Shown here piece after piece: positions 10,451 through 19,807 of a stretch of 64,000 nt of DNA. The stretch is taken from the IMG/VR virus record IMGVR_UViG_3300021426_000004, positions 32,001-96,000 of that record; one strand, written 5' to 3'. Source of the stretch: a virus. Taxonomy: Duplodnaviria; Caudoviricetes. Numbering within the stretch: the first letter of the stretch is position 1; every line of letters begins with the position of its first letter. A model generated the notes under the pieces. That model saw only the letters and a program-made list of their open reading frames with translations, was not told the DNA's origin and searched no databases. Position numbers and translations under genes: made by a program.

Positions 10451-11179
10451 TTAAAGTTCCGGATTGAAATTTCCTCCGTTAATGATAGACTGCCCGTTGT
10501 CAACAATATCGATGCACTTATCTTGAGCAGTAATCGATCCATTGTTTACAATGATTTTTGAATCAGCAAGAATGGTAAAAGCGATATTTCCAGATTCATA
10601 TGTTCCACTTTGAATAACGATTTCTCCGCCATTAATAGCTTGAGCAATTCCACTGTTTGAGTAAATACTTCCTGTTTTAATAGTAAGTTTTGCTCCGTTA
10701 ACAATTAAGAAATTTCCGTTGCCTGTATAAGTAATTGTTTTTCGATTTAAATGTAAAACCGTGTCATTGCGTATTGCAATTGGCGAAGAAATTGTGATAT
10801 CTTCCTGAAGTTCAACTGTTCCGCCTTTTCTTAAGAGTCCAACTAGAATTGTTTCATTTGAAGCAAATCCCATAATTGCATCAATATCATCATTTGAAAG
10901 AGGAGTCATTGGGATATCGCCTAAACCAAGATCATCAAAAGATAACCGACCAATAAGTTCAACTCCATTAATTGAAGGCTTATTAAGAAGATCCGCATAA
11001 TTGCCAGTTCCATCGCCAATTGCAACAGGAGTAGAAAGGGTAAGCGTATGTTGATTATCCCTCAAAACAATATGAAAATCTGGTTCGTATTGTATATTGC
11101 TATATGATTGACTACCAGTTGCTCCTGATCGAGTAATTGCATGATCGTTTCCAGAAGATTGGATATTTAAATCAGACAT
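10451..11179 (-). CDS. Virion protein with NKPSING motif and beta-helix-like C-terminus
   Basis: 242 aa; NYADLLNKPSINGVELIG; C-terminal I/N/G-rich repeats. Confidence 0.55.
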   Translation of the reverse strand: MSDLNIQSSGNDHAITRSGATGSQSYSNIQYEPDFHIVLRDNQHTLTLSTPVAIGDGTGNYADLLNKPSINGVELIGRLSFDDLGLGDIPMTPLSNDDIDAIMGFASNETILVGLLRKGGTVELQEDITISSPIAIRNDTVLHLNRKTITYTGNGNFLIVNGAKLTIKTGSIYSNSGIAQAINGGEIVIQSGTYESGNIAFTILADSKIIVNNGSITAQDKCIDIVDNGQSIINGGNFNPEL

Positions 11180-11194
11180 ACACTTACCCTCCCT

Positions 11195-11536
11195 TTATTC
11201 GTTTTCTCTGAATGTAATTTCGTCTGTAATTACAAGATCTCCGACAAATGTTTCTTTAAGCTGATTGCCGTATACTAACTGTATATCGAACTTGTAATTT
11301 CCATAACTTAAACCAGATGTATCATCTGATTCGATTTTAATTTCATAATCACCGGTTCCAAGTTTTACAATTTCACCAGTGCTTAACCTTTTTTGAAACA
11401 AGAAGTTTATATCCCTTGAAGTCTTTTTTACGGTGAAATAAATCTCAGTAAAGTCTATATCGGTTACTGTACCATCACGATTATTCACCACGAAACGTTC
11501 CAAACGAATATCACCTCTTGGCATACGAATTGTCAT
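11195..11536 (-). CDS. BppU-N-like baseplate/fibre adaptor
   Basis: 113 aa; IRMPRGD...FTVKK...DTSGLSYGNYKFDIQ; paralog of 593..937. Confidence 0.6.
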   Translation of the reverse strand: MTIRMPRGDIRLERFVVNNRDGTVTDIDFTEIYFTVKKTSRDINFLFQKRLSTGEIVKLGTGDYEIKIESDDTSGLSYGNYKFDIQLVYGNQLKETFVGDLVITDEITFRENE

Positions 11537-11556
11537 TTTGGTACAGCCCCTTTCGT

Positions 11557-11886
11557 TTACCAGCGGCGTTCTTCAGGATACACAGGATAATTCATCGGAT
11601 AATGTCCAGACATATCCGGAGCCATATCGCGACTGCGCATGCCGCGCATAGCCGTTGAATTATTCATGTATGAATTGCCGTTATTATATGAATTAAAAGA
11701 TTCACCTTGCCATTCATCAGAGCCCTTCTTCTCCATATAACAAACAAGAGATTTAAGAGAATGGGCAAGAAGATCAATTCGTCTGAGATCTCCTTCGCTC
11801 ATCTCTGCTCCAGTACGATATTTCTCTTGAAGCAAGTCGAGTTCTTTACAGAGTTTGCTTTCGATAACCATATATCTGTGTTCCAT
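11557..11886 (-). CDS. Conserved hypothetical protein (member of the CCC-protein cluster)
   Basis: 109 aa, RBS, Y/M/N-rich tail. Confidence 0.6.
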   Translation of the reverse strand: MEHRYMVIESKLCKELDLLQEKYRTGAEMSEGDLRRIDLLAHSLKSLVCYMEKKGSDEWQGESFNSYNNGNSYMNNSTAMRGMRSRDMAPDMSGHYPMNYPVYPEERRW

Positions 11887-11900
11887 AATTCAACACTCCT

Positions 11901-12350
11901 TTACGCAAGTCTTGTTACTTCTACGTTCAAGTTACGAAGATTGAGCGCAGGAGGAAGTGCTGCAGTATTAGATACAGAGGCGTTTTCAATAGCTATCGTG
12001 TAGCAGCATCCGGCCGGAACGTCAATGACCTCAAAACCACTAACGTTCCAATAAGCGTCAACCACGGTAGGCGTTGCGGTGCCAATACTTGTTGGAACCA
12101 CTTCTCCTCCAATAGCAATAGCCAACTGAATTTCACCAACCGTTCCATCTGTAGGAACAGATATATTTCCATCATAGGCAACACGATAACGTGCAAATCC
12201 ACACTTAGGATTCTTAACAATTCCACGTAATGTTAAAATCCCAGAACCTGGCCTATGAAGCACAGAACTACGACTGCAACCAATTTTGTCGTTCAGCAGA
12301 GCTGGAGCTCCAGGTTGAACAAGCTGAACTTCGTTATAATTAAACTGAGC
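11901..12350 (-). CDS. Beta-sandwich (BclA-C/C1q-like) hypothetical protein
   Basis: Likely start MAQFNY (ATG at about 12350, RBS AGGAG) rather than 12374; HRPGSGILTLRG, IDVPAGCC. Confidence 0.55.
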   Translation of the reverse strand, partial: AQFNYNEVQLVQPGAPALLNDKIGCSRSSVLHRPGSGILTLRGIVKNPKCGFARYRVAYDGNISVPTDGTVGEIQLAIAIGGEVVPTSIGTATPTVVDAYWNVSGFEVIDVPAGCCYTIAIENASVSNTAALPPALNLRNLNVEVTRLA

Positions 12351-12392
12351 CATAATACATTTCTCCTTTGTCAAAATTAGATAAACTAAAGA

Positions 12393-12418
12393 CAGGAGTC
12401 CGGTTTCCCGGACTCCTG
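12393..12418 (-). terminator. Intergenic hairpin / probable terminator
   Basis: CAGGAGTCCGG...CCGGACTCCTG inverted repeat. Confidence 0.55.
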
Positions 12419-12434
12419 AGATGACAGCCTTGTA

Positions 12435-13049
12435 TTACACGCCACAAGTGCAAGTATTATTATTGTTTAATTCGTTTAGGATTTGTGCTGTCTGCGCTCC
12501 CTGCGATGCAAGGAACCGTAAATTCTGATTGTCTGTACGAGCCTGATCTAAGGCACTCTGCATTCCTGCGATTCTATTCTCGTAGTTCTGCTTAATGCCA
12601 TCCATTTCCAGCTGGCAAAGTTTGTCCATAATCATCTGACGATCATTTGCGCTTGCAGCCCGCGTAGCTGCACCTTCCTGTGCAATGGCTGTTCCAAGCT
12701 GAGTGGTAGCAAGACGATTTTCACAACAGCAATTTTGGAAAGCGCTTTGCATCTGGAAGAATTGGTTCATGTTTGACATCTGACGATTGGCAGCGGATAT
12801 TTCAGCTTGGTTCTGCGTGTTCTGAATAGCGGCAATTCCATTCATTACAGAGTTTTGATCAAAGCCGCGCTGAACCTCTGAATAGCCATTGTTTCCGCCG
12901 AAGCCATTGTTGCCCCAGCCGAACATAGCCATCCAGATCAGCAAGAACCATAAGCCGTTCCCACCGAACATGTCGTTGTTGCCAGCGTAAGCAGGCATCA
13001 TTGGCATATAGCCTTGTACAGCATTAGAATCAACCATAATAAACCCCAT
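12435..13049 (-). CDS. Gly/Asn-rich, TM-containing coiled-coil protein with CCC motif
   Basis: 204 aa; GGNGLWFLLIWMAMFGWGNNGFGG, QNCCCENRL, C-terminal CTCGV. Confidence 0.7.
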   Translation of the reverse strand: MGFIMVDSNAVQGYMPMMPAYAGNNDMFGGNGLWFLLIWMAMFGWGNNGFGGNNGYSEVQRGFDQNSVMNGIAAIQNTQNQAEISAANRQMSNMNQFFQMQSAFQNCCCENRLATTQLGTAIAQEGAATRAASANDRQMIMDKLCQLEMDGIKQNYENRIAGMQSALDQARTDNQNLRFLASQGAQTAQILNELNNNNTCTCGV

Positions 13050-13198
13050 CCTTTAAAAAATATTTATCTAAATTAAAACTTCCCCTGATATATCAGTTGC
13101 GCGCACAAGAAGTCTTAATTAGATATTGAAGGAAATAAATTAATCTTCAAAATTAATCATTCTTTGTTAGGAATAGACTAATCAATATTTTTTAAATC

Positions 13199-13234
13199 AA
13201 AAAAACACTGCTAATCCTTCCTGAACGCAGTGCT
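13199..13234 (-). terminator. Rho-independent terminator
   Basis: Minus strand GCACTGC...GCAGTGT followed by a T-run. Confidence 0.55.
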
Positions 13235-13270
13235 GTTGTTCGCTCCTGTTTCTGCGAACTTCCCTTGATG

Positions 13271-13480
13271 TTAGATAGCCTGAAGTATCTTTTTAGCAGT
13301 CTCCTGCACATCAATCCAATATGATTCATTTTCGCCGGGAAGAGGCTGTTTAAGATAAATACGGGTGAATTCAACTTCTTTATCATTCGTATCTTTTCCA
13401 GTAGTCTCTTCTGCGAACAAGATATTATTTTCGTCTAATAAAGCTGGTTTACTATTTACAGATAAATGAACTAAAATCAT
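13271..13480 (-). CDS. Hypothetical protein
   Basis: 69 aa; ATGA overlap with the upstream CD1375-like gene. Confidence 0.55.
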   Translation of the reverse strand: MILVHLSVNSKPALLDENNILFAEETTGKDTNDKEVEFTRIYLKQPLPGENESYWIDVQETAKKILQAI

Positions 13481-13593
13481 GATTCAAGCCTCCGTTTAAC
13501 TTCGACTCGATATTCTTCTGGAACTTCCGAAAGAGTAATCTTTCCTCTGCGGATCATCTTTACATACATGTCGTAAATCTTGTCAGGATTCAT
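13477..13593 (-). CDS. CD1375-like small phage protein
   Basis: Not in ORF track; 38 aa MNPDKIYDMYVKMIRRGKITLSEVPEEYRVEVKRRLES with RBS AGGAGG; YxxxIxxGxxTxxxVPxxxRxEV pattern. Confidence 0.75.
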   Translation of the reverse strand: MNPDKIYDMYVKMIRRGKITLSEVPEEYRVEVKRRLES

Positions 13594-13607
13594 AAGTGTA
13601 TCCTCCT

Positions 13608-14129
13608 TTATCTGTTTTCAAGCGTTGCAACTCGATCAGCGAGTATGTTATACATGGATTCCCAGCGGCTGGTAGTTTCATTCAGATTATTTAAGACCTG
13701 CTGAATGGTAGAAAGCCGCTCGTTATGTTCTTGCTGTTCCTGTTCAATTCGAGTTGCAGTGTCGTTCATTTCTTTTTTAGCGTTTGCTACAATACCAGCA
13801 AGCTCCAGCACGGACATAGAAGCAACATCTAAGTCATCTGTTAAAGCTTCCTGTGCTTCCTTGCCGATTTGAGTGATATGATATTTTATTGTGACAACAT
13901 CGCTGCCATCTTCACCTGGAAGCTGGATTGATGCCATTCCTTCTACATACCATTCACCGATTTGTTCTTCGTTATCGTTAAACTGGCGAATTGTATCACC
14001 AGCATCAAGCGCAAAATCGCTGAAAACTTCAGCAAAGCTTGCTTCAGAATGCATACGAAGTTCTGCAATTCCGTTGTTAATCCTAAAGTCAGGATTGTCA
14101 TATCTTTTTCCTTTTATTTCAATGATCAT
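13608..14129 (-). CDS. Tail-fibre-associated coiled-coil protein
   Basis: 173 aa; precedes the CD1375-like gene as in typical fibre/chaperone cassettes. Confidence 0.55.
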   Translation of the reverse strand: MIIEIKGKRYDNPDFRINNGIAELRMHSEASFAEVFSDFALDAGDTIRQFNDNEEQIGEWYVEGMASIQLPGEDGSDVVTIKYHITQIGKEAQEALTDDLDVASMSVLELAGIVANAKKEMNDTATRIEQEQQEHNERLSTIQQVLNNLNETTSRWESMYNILADRVATLENR

Positions 14130-14151
14130 ATTTTTATGATCCCCTTTCTGT

Positions 14152-14220
14152 TTATGCTGTACGTTTCCAGACGTTAACAGTCAAAGTTTCTTCGATATTC
14201 AGCATCTTCAGTTTTGCAAC
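14152..14220 (-). pseudogene. Vestigial fourth HxH-tip paralog (N- and C-terminus fused, core missing)
   Basis: Reads VAKLKMLNIEETLTVNVWKRTA*; the end matches paralog C-termini TVYMWKRVA, VVYVWQRTA and AVYGWIRTA. Confidence 0.6.
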
Positions 14221-14224
14221 TACC

Positions 14225-14998
14225 TTACGCTGTCCTAATCCATCCATATACAGCTACATATGGAGGCATTGTACTGATAGTTGCAGCGGTGCCAGTAAAC
14301 CCATGATTATGTGCACCGCCGCCTCCCTGATTTCCAATGGTTCCTGTAAGTGTAGCCTTATGGGTGTGGTTAGCTGATATTGGACCTGAGGTCCTTGACG
14401 AAGATGAGTTTGGACCTCCGTGACTATGACTGTTTGAAGAGCAACTGTTCTGTGAATAATTACGTCCACCTAAGGTGTTTGAAACACGCCTGTCCGGTCC
14501 GGAAACATAAACTGTAATACGATTTAAACTTGCGGCATTCGCCCAAACGTTTCTCTGCGATGCATGGTAAGAGTGTCCATGCGAAGTTATCTGTGCAGTA
14601 CTAACAGTCGTACCGCCTGTTGTTGTTGCGTAATAGTCCGTAAAGTTATGCGTATGACCAGCCGATTGATTCACGGAACTTTTTGCCGTTCCTGTAAAAG
14701 TATGGTTATGAGATGGCAATTCAGCCGTTGTTAAGGTGTGATTATCTACGCTACCGTCAGGTGTATAGCTTTGAGATGAAGAGCCCCCTGTCGATCCGGC
14801 TGAATAAGTATTACCAGCAGCTAATAGGAAAGTAGATTGCATTCTGTTCCATGTTCCACCGAATAACTGAGCAGGCTCAACAAGACGAGTATTTAGATAA
14901 ATAGAACCAACAGGATAGATATTATCAAACGTAATATTGGCCCCTTCTTTTGGTTTGAACGGGGTACCGTTTATATCAAGAAGATTTATATACGGCAT
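14225..14998 (-). CDS. Tail fibre tip / gp10-C-like protein with HxH repeats, paralog 3
   Basis: Start moved to ATG 14998 (MPYINLLDING, RBS GGAGGTG); IYPVGSIY, multiple HxH, MPPYVAVYGWIRTA. Confidence 0.8.
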   Translation of the reverse strand: MPYINLLDINGTPFKPKEGANITFDNIYPVGSIYLNTRLVEPAQLFGGTWNRMQSTFLLAAGNTYSAGSTGGSSSQSYTPDGSVDNHTLTTAELPSHNHTFTGTAKSSVNQSAGHTHNFTDYYATTTGGTTVSTAQITSHGHSYHASQRNVWANAASLNRITVYVSGPDRRVSNTLGGRNYSQNSCSSNSHSHGGPNSSSSRTSGPISANHTHKATLTGTIGNQGGGGAHNHGFTGTAATISTMPPYVAVYGWIRTA

Positions 14999-15011
14999 GA
15001 TCACACCTCCT

Positions 15012-15770
15012 TTATGCTGTTCTTTGCCATACATATACAACCAGATATGGAGGCATAGTATTAAGTGTTTTAGCTGTTCCGGTGAAACTGTGATCGTGCC
15101 CTCCGCCGCCACCTTTATTTCCAATAGAACCAGCAGCGGTAATCGAGTGTGTATGATTAGCACTATTGTTCGTTGAGTTTCTGCTTGTGCTTGTATTTGA
15201 GCCGGTGTGTGTATGTCCATTGCCGGAACCGTTGCTATTTGTATTACCTCCGGCTCCACCAGCCCAGTCACCGTTCAAAGCCAGACAAGAACCACTGTTT
15301 CTTGCATGTGTATGGTCGACTTTCCATCCAGACGATCCATAACCATGATTATGAGAAGGTGATGTAGATGATGATAAAGCTGTGCTTGATGTAGTGGTAG
15401 CGTAATATTCTGTGTACGTATGTGTATGACCAGCAGATTGATTGCCAGATGTCACTTCAGATCCTGTAAAACTATGATTGTGGCTCGGTATTTCATCCGT
15501 TGTAAGTGTATGGCTTCCTACAGTTCCAGCAGGTGTATAGCTCACTGAAGCAGCGCCTCCTGTAGAACCTGATACAGTGTTGTTATCTGCCATGTACAGC
15601 ATTCTGTCTTTTAGACGTGTCCATGTTCCTCCAAATAATGGAGCCGGATCAACATTTGCAGTGTTAATATAAATAGAACCGACAGGATAAATCGTATCAA
15701 ATACAACGCCGTCTGTTCCGTTGAACGTATATAATGTACCGTTCACATCAACATGTTTAATTCTTGACAT
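15012..15770 (-). CDS. Tail fibre tip / gp10-C-like protein with HxH repeats, paralog 2
   Basis: 252 aa; IYPVGSIY, HxH motifs, MPPYLVVYVWQRTA. Confidence 0.8.
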   Translation of the reverse strand: MSRIKHVDVNGTLYTFNGTDGVVFDTIYPVGSIYINTANVDPAPLFGGTWTRLKDRMLYMADNNTVSGSTGGAASVSYTPAGTVGSHTLTTDEIPSHNHSFTGSEVTSGNQSAGHTHTYTEYYATTTSSTALSSSTSPSHNHGYGSSGWKVDHTHARNSGSCLALNGDWAGGAGGNTNSNGSGNGHTHTGSNTSTSRNSTNNSANHTHSITAAGSIGNKGGGGGHDHSFTGTAKTLNTMPPYLVVYVWQRTA

Positions 15771-15782
15771 ATCGATCCTCCT

Positions 15783-16532
15783 TTATGCGACCCGTTTCCA
15801 CATATAAACAGTCGTATATGGAGGCAATACATTAATTGTTGCAGCTGTGCCTGTAAAACCGTGGTTATGTGCATTTCCACTACCATTGTTTCCAACCGTA
15901 CCTGAAGCTGTGAAACTATGAGTATGGTTAGCGCTTATTCCGTTAGTAGTTCTTGTCGTGCTTGTATTAGCTCCGCTATGCGTATGCGAGTTTCCGGAAC
16001 CAGCACCGCTTGTCGAACCACCGACATCACCGGAAGTACTATGTGCGTGAACACCATAGTATCCGGAGGTATCATCATAAACTCCCCAATAGTCATAGAA
16101 ACTATGAGCGTGACTACCGATTTGAGCAACGGTTATTGTATGAGCTCCGGTTGTCGTAGCATAATAATCTGTTATTGTATGATAGTGGTTAGCGCTTTGT
16201 GTTCCGGATGTTACTGCTGTTCCTGTGAAGCTATGATTATGAGAAGGAATTTCATCGATAGTTAATGTATGGTCACCAACAGTTCCGGAAGGAGTATATG
16301 AAATAGATGCAGCTCCGCCTGTTGTTCCTGCAACATATGTGTCACCTGCTCCTAAAAGAAAAACATCCATTATTCTTTCCCAGGTTCCGCCGAACATAAT
16401 GTCAGGATCAACAAGTCTATTGTTCATATATACAGAACCAACAGGATATATTTCTAATAGTGTTGGGGTTTCTTCTCCTCCGAAATCCAACAGGTGACCA
16501 TTTTCATCCAGAAGAGGAATCTTCGTAAGCAT
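15783..16532 (-). CDS. Tail fibre tip / gp10-C-like protein with HxH repeats, paralog 1
   Basis: 249 aa; IYPVGSVY, HxH motifs, LPPYTTVYMWKRVA. Confidence 0.8.
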   Translation of the reverse strand: MLTKIPLLDENGHLLDFGGEETPTLLEIYPVGSVYMNNRLVDPDIMFGGTWERIMDVFLLGAGDTYVAGTTGGAASISYTPSGTVGDHTLTIDEIPSHNHSFTGTAVTSGTQSANHYHTITDYYATTTGAHTITVAQIGSHAHSFYDYWGVYDDTSGYYGVHAHSTSGDVGGSTSGAGSGNSHTHSGANTSTTRTTNGISANHTHSFTASGTVGNNGSGNAHNHGFTGTAATINVLPPYTTVYMWKRVA

Positions 16533-16538
16533 GATATA

Positions 16539-19148
16539 TCACTCCTCTGATTCTGCATCAGGATCGTATGGCGTAGCGTTTGGATCTGTCATGATATGAA
16601 GGATTCCATTGGTTTCATCTACCCATACCTCCGCCCTGTCTGCTTTGTGTCCCCACATATATTTTTCTCCTGTTGTAACAAGAGATACATTTGTGCCACC
16701 CTGCGCAGCGTTCAGACTGGAATAAGTCGTGTCAGACGCAGGAATACCGAGAGCTGTAATATCTGCTTTGACAACTGCTTTTGCAGCTGTTACATGTCCC
16801 TGAGCATTTGTTGTGATTTTATATAAACCACTACCAAAAGCAGAGCCTTTTGCTGTTGCATGATTATAAGCTATTTTTCCACGATCTCCCCGATATGCGG
16901 TTGTTTCTGTTTCTCCGAGTCCAATTGATTTGCTAATTTCAACATAAGCACTACCGCTCCATCTGTATGTAAGACGAGTATCCAATGCAACGTAGATTTT
17001 ATCGTTCTCACCAGTAATGGGGAATAAATCTAAGGTTTCATATTCAAGAACATCATCCACATAACTTGGAAGCTGTGAAGCAGGAACTCTGCCGCTAGCA
17101 TCCAGCTCAGCAACTCCACCAGCAATACCCATAGAAGATTCGTCTACCTTGTGGTTCCAAGTGTATTTCTCCCCGGAAGTAACAAGGGAGACTTCCGTGC
17201 CTTCGCTTGCTTCCATCCGGCTTTCATATGTTGTGTCAGTCCAAGGAATATTAACCGCAAGCTTACCGTTTCTGTCTAACCTTATAGGATAGATTCTGGT
17301 GGAAACTTCGGCTCCCTCACTAATAACACTATTAGTAAATTGTGTTTCATTTGCAAGGTTTGCTTTAATAGTTCCGGCTTCTGTAATTGTGCCGCCGATT
17401 AATCCTGCACCTGCAGTCACAGAAGTTACAGTTCCTAAATTGGATGTTTTGGAGTTCCAATAATACTTTTCTCCTGTGGTTACAAGAGAAACTTTATTTC
17501 CTCCTGCAGCAGCTTCTCTGCTGATATAGGTTGTGTTTGTATCTTCCCAAGGAACACAAACAGATAAGTACCCAGACTTATCGACCATAACAGCATATTG
17601 TCTTCCGACAACATTTGCGGAGATCATAGAGTCAATTGAACCGACTTGTTCGGATTTAAGTTTAACCTTAAGGCTTCCGCTTTCTGTTATGGGGTCTCCG
17701 GCTAAACCAATTCCAGCCGATACGGAAGTAACTGTACCTAAGTTAGATGTCTTCGAATTCCAGTTTGCTTTATCTCCGGTTGTAACCAGAGAAACATCTG
17801 TACCGTTAACAACGGGCGCAAGGTTTGCATACAATGTGTCTGTCCAAGGAACATTGACGCTGAGATACCCATCTTTGTCTAACCCTACAGCATACTGCTT
17901 GCCGCCTATAGGTGTAATATTCACAGAAGAAAAGGCACTTAACACTGAGTCTTTCAGATTAAGACCAATGGTTCCTTTTGTAATAATTTCGCCACCGGTA
18001 AGGCCGCTTCCAGCTGTGATGCTTGTTACAGTACCTAAATTAGATGTCTTTGAATTCCAAATAGCCTTTTCTCCTGTTGTTACAAGAGATACGTCTGTTC
18101 CACCTGAAGATGCATCTTTTACCTCATAAGTGGTGTCTGTGGCATTTACAGTAATAGCACTACCTGTTGTTTCAAGCGTAACATTACGACCGCCTTTTAA
18201 ATTCATAGCAGACGTTGTGCCTGAACCTAACACTTCAACATCGTCCACTTGAACAGCACGATAATTATTTGGATTGACAGGAACTTTAGCTGAGTCTACG
18301 CTCACAGCTGTGACGTGACCTTTCCCGTCAGTTTGTAAGGTTAAACCAGTTACAACGTCGAAATTCCAGCCTGCTGCACCGCCTTCAGCGACAGCAGTTT
18401 TGTCACTGGAAGGATCTCTGCTTGGCGTATAATGGTTTGCTGCACTTGTGACTTTAGTGTCCGTATTAGGATTGGAAGGGATCTTTCTGGAAGAAACAGA
18501 CAATCCGGTAATGTGTCCTTTTCCATCTGTGTTTACAGATATTCCACTTACAACATCAACGTTCCAGCTTTTAGTACCGCCGGAAGCATTTGCAATAATA
18601 GTTCCTGTTGCATCTGTTTCTGGTGTATAGTGATTTTCTGAACTAGTTACCTTTGTGTCCATATCCTGTCCTGGAATTCCAAGAGAAGTAATATCTGTTT
18701 TTACAACAGGATCAGCCAAGATTACATGACCTTGATCGTTTGTTGCAATCTTATATAGCCCGTTCTCAAATGCTGACCCTTTTGCATAGGCGTGGTTGTA
18801 AGCGACCTTACCGCGATCTCCACGATAAGCGGTGCTTTCAGTTTCTCCTAAAGTTAAGCTTGAACCAATTTTTACGTAATCGCTTCCGCTCCATCTGTAG
18901 GTTTCGTTTGAATTCAGATCGACGTAGATTTTGCCTGCTTCACCAGTAATAGGAAATGCATCAGCAGACGAAAACTCAAGAACGTCATCTACATAAGATG
19001 GCAATTGAGAAGATAAAACTCTGCCGTTAGAATCCAGCTCGGCAACTCCACCAGCTGAACCCTTTTCGGATGCATCTATCTTTGATGCAATTTTCTCATC
19101 CATTTTATTTTTGAATCTTTGCAACCCTGGATAATCAAGATAAGGCAT
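16539..19148 (-). CDS. Repetitive tail fibre shaft protein
   Basis: 869 aa; two copies of GGVAELDxxGRV..QLPSYVDDVLE..AYRGDRGK; five copies of GTxVSLVT(T/S)G(E/D)KxxW; two DTKVTSxxNHYTP repeats. Confidence 0.8.
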   Translation of the reverse strand: MPYLDYPGLQRFKNKMDEKIASKIDASEKGSAGGVAELDSNGRVLSSQLPSYVDDVLEFSSADAFPITGEAGKIYVDLNSNETYRWSGSDYVKIGSSLTLGETESTAYRGDRGKVAYNHAYAKGSAFENGLYKIATNDQGHVILADPVVKTDITSLGIPGQDMDTKVTSSENHYTPETDATGTIIANASGGTKSWNVDVVSGISVNTDGKGHITGLSVSSRKIPSNPNTDTKVTSAANHYTPSRDPSSDKTAVAEGGAAGWNFDVVTGLTLQTDGKGHVTAVSVDSAKVPVNPNNYRAVQVDDVEVLGSGTTSAMNLKGGRNVTLETTGSAITVNATDTTYEVKDASSGGTDVSLVTTGEKAIWNSKTSNLGTVTSITAGSGLTGGEIITKGTIGLNLKDSVLSAFSSVNITPIGGKQYAVGLDKDGYLSVNVPWTDTLYANLAPVVNGTDVSLVTTGDKANWNSKTSNLGTVTSVSAGIGLAGDPITESGSLKVKLKSEQVGSIDSMISANVVGRQYAVMVDKSGYLSVCVPWEDTNTTYISREAAAGGNKVSLVTTGEKYYWNSKTSNLGTVTSVTAGAGLIGGTITEAGTIKANLANETQFTNSVISEGAEVSTRIYPIRLDRNGKLAVNIPWTDTTYESRMEASEGTEVSLVTSGEKYTWNHKVDESSMGIAGGVAELDASGRVPASQLPSYVDDVLEYETLDLFPITGENDKIYVALDTRLTYRWSGSAYVEISKSIGLGETETTAYRGDRGKIAYNHATAKGSAFGSGLYKITTNAQGHVTAAKAVVKADITALGIPASDTTYSSLNAAQGGTNVSLVTTGEKYMWGHKADRAEVWVDETNGILHIMTDPNATPYDPDAESEE

Positions 19149-19166
19149 TGCTAACCGCTCCTTTCT

Positions 19167-19418
19167 TTAGAATTTTGGAATTTGATTATATATATTTTGT
19201 ATATCGTAATCTGATATGTTTCGAGTTTGTTTTAAATATTGGAGTATTTGATTTGCGTCATGTTGCATATATAAAGGAATATCAGGAAAAGCCTGATAAA
19301 TAACAGACGGCGGATTTCTCATCGCCTGCATAACCTGATTCAGCTTTTGCATTGGACTTAAATTTTCGACAGGTCTGTTAATTGGATTTTTCATATATGC
19401 ATTGTACAATTCATTCAT
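19167..19418 (-). CDS. Conserved hypothetical protein (Q/N/M-rich)
   Basis: 83 aa, coupled to the upstream gene. Confidence 0.6.
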   Translation of the reverse strand: MNELYNAYMKNPINRPVENLSPMQKLNQVMQAMRNPPSVIYQAFPDIPLYMQHDANQILQYLKQTRNISDYDIQNIYNQIPKF

Positions 19419-19801
19419 TTCTCTCCACCGCGATTCTCGCTAATTGTGCGGGAAAGTTTCTGTATCTCTTTCTTTATATGTTCGAGATCTTCTTTTGTTG
19501 CAAATTGATTCATATCGCCGGAGATATTTCCCGGAAGTAATGCGGGATTTGTGCGTTCCTTGATTTCGTAATTCAGTTCCTGCATTTGGTTTGGCATACC
19601 CATAGCATTCCAACTCTTCAGCCAAATGCGTTTTTCACTGTTGTCCCAAAGAGCAATCGGCGTTTCGGGCGGTAAACCCTGAGGCATCTGGAAAGCTTTT
19701 GCTCCAACTTCACCGTCAACCCATTCGATGCTTTTGTAGTTCGAACTATAAGATTGATTCTGGTTATAGTAGTAAGGGTACTGATAATAAGGATACGGCA
19801 T
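19415..19801 (-). CDS. Conserved hypothetical protein (Tyr/Gln-rich N-terminus, WVxGExGAKA motif)
   Basis: 128 aa; IEWVDGEVGAKAF...ALWDNSEKRIWLKS. Confidence 0.65.
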   Translation of the reverse strand: MPYPYYQYPYYYNQNQSYSSNYKSIEWVDGEVGAKAFQMPQGLPPETPIALWDNSEKRIWLKSWNAMGMPNQMQELNYEIKERTNPALLPGNISGDMNQFATKEDLEHIKKEIQKLSRTISENRGGEK

Positions 19802-19807
19802 AAAGAA

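Noticed and set aside
14999-15271. 348-aa version of tip paralog 3
   Set aside because: The extension overlaps paralog 2 in another frame; RBS and paralog alignment support the start at 14998
14225-19148. Diversity-generating retroelement or invertible tail-fibre switch
   Set aside because: No reverse transcriptase, no adenine-specific TR/VR pair and no recombinase in the window; all paralogs are co-oriented
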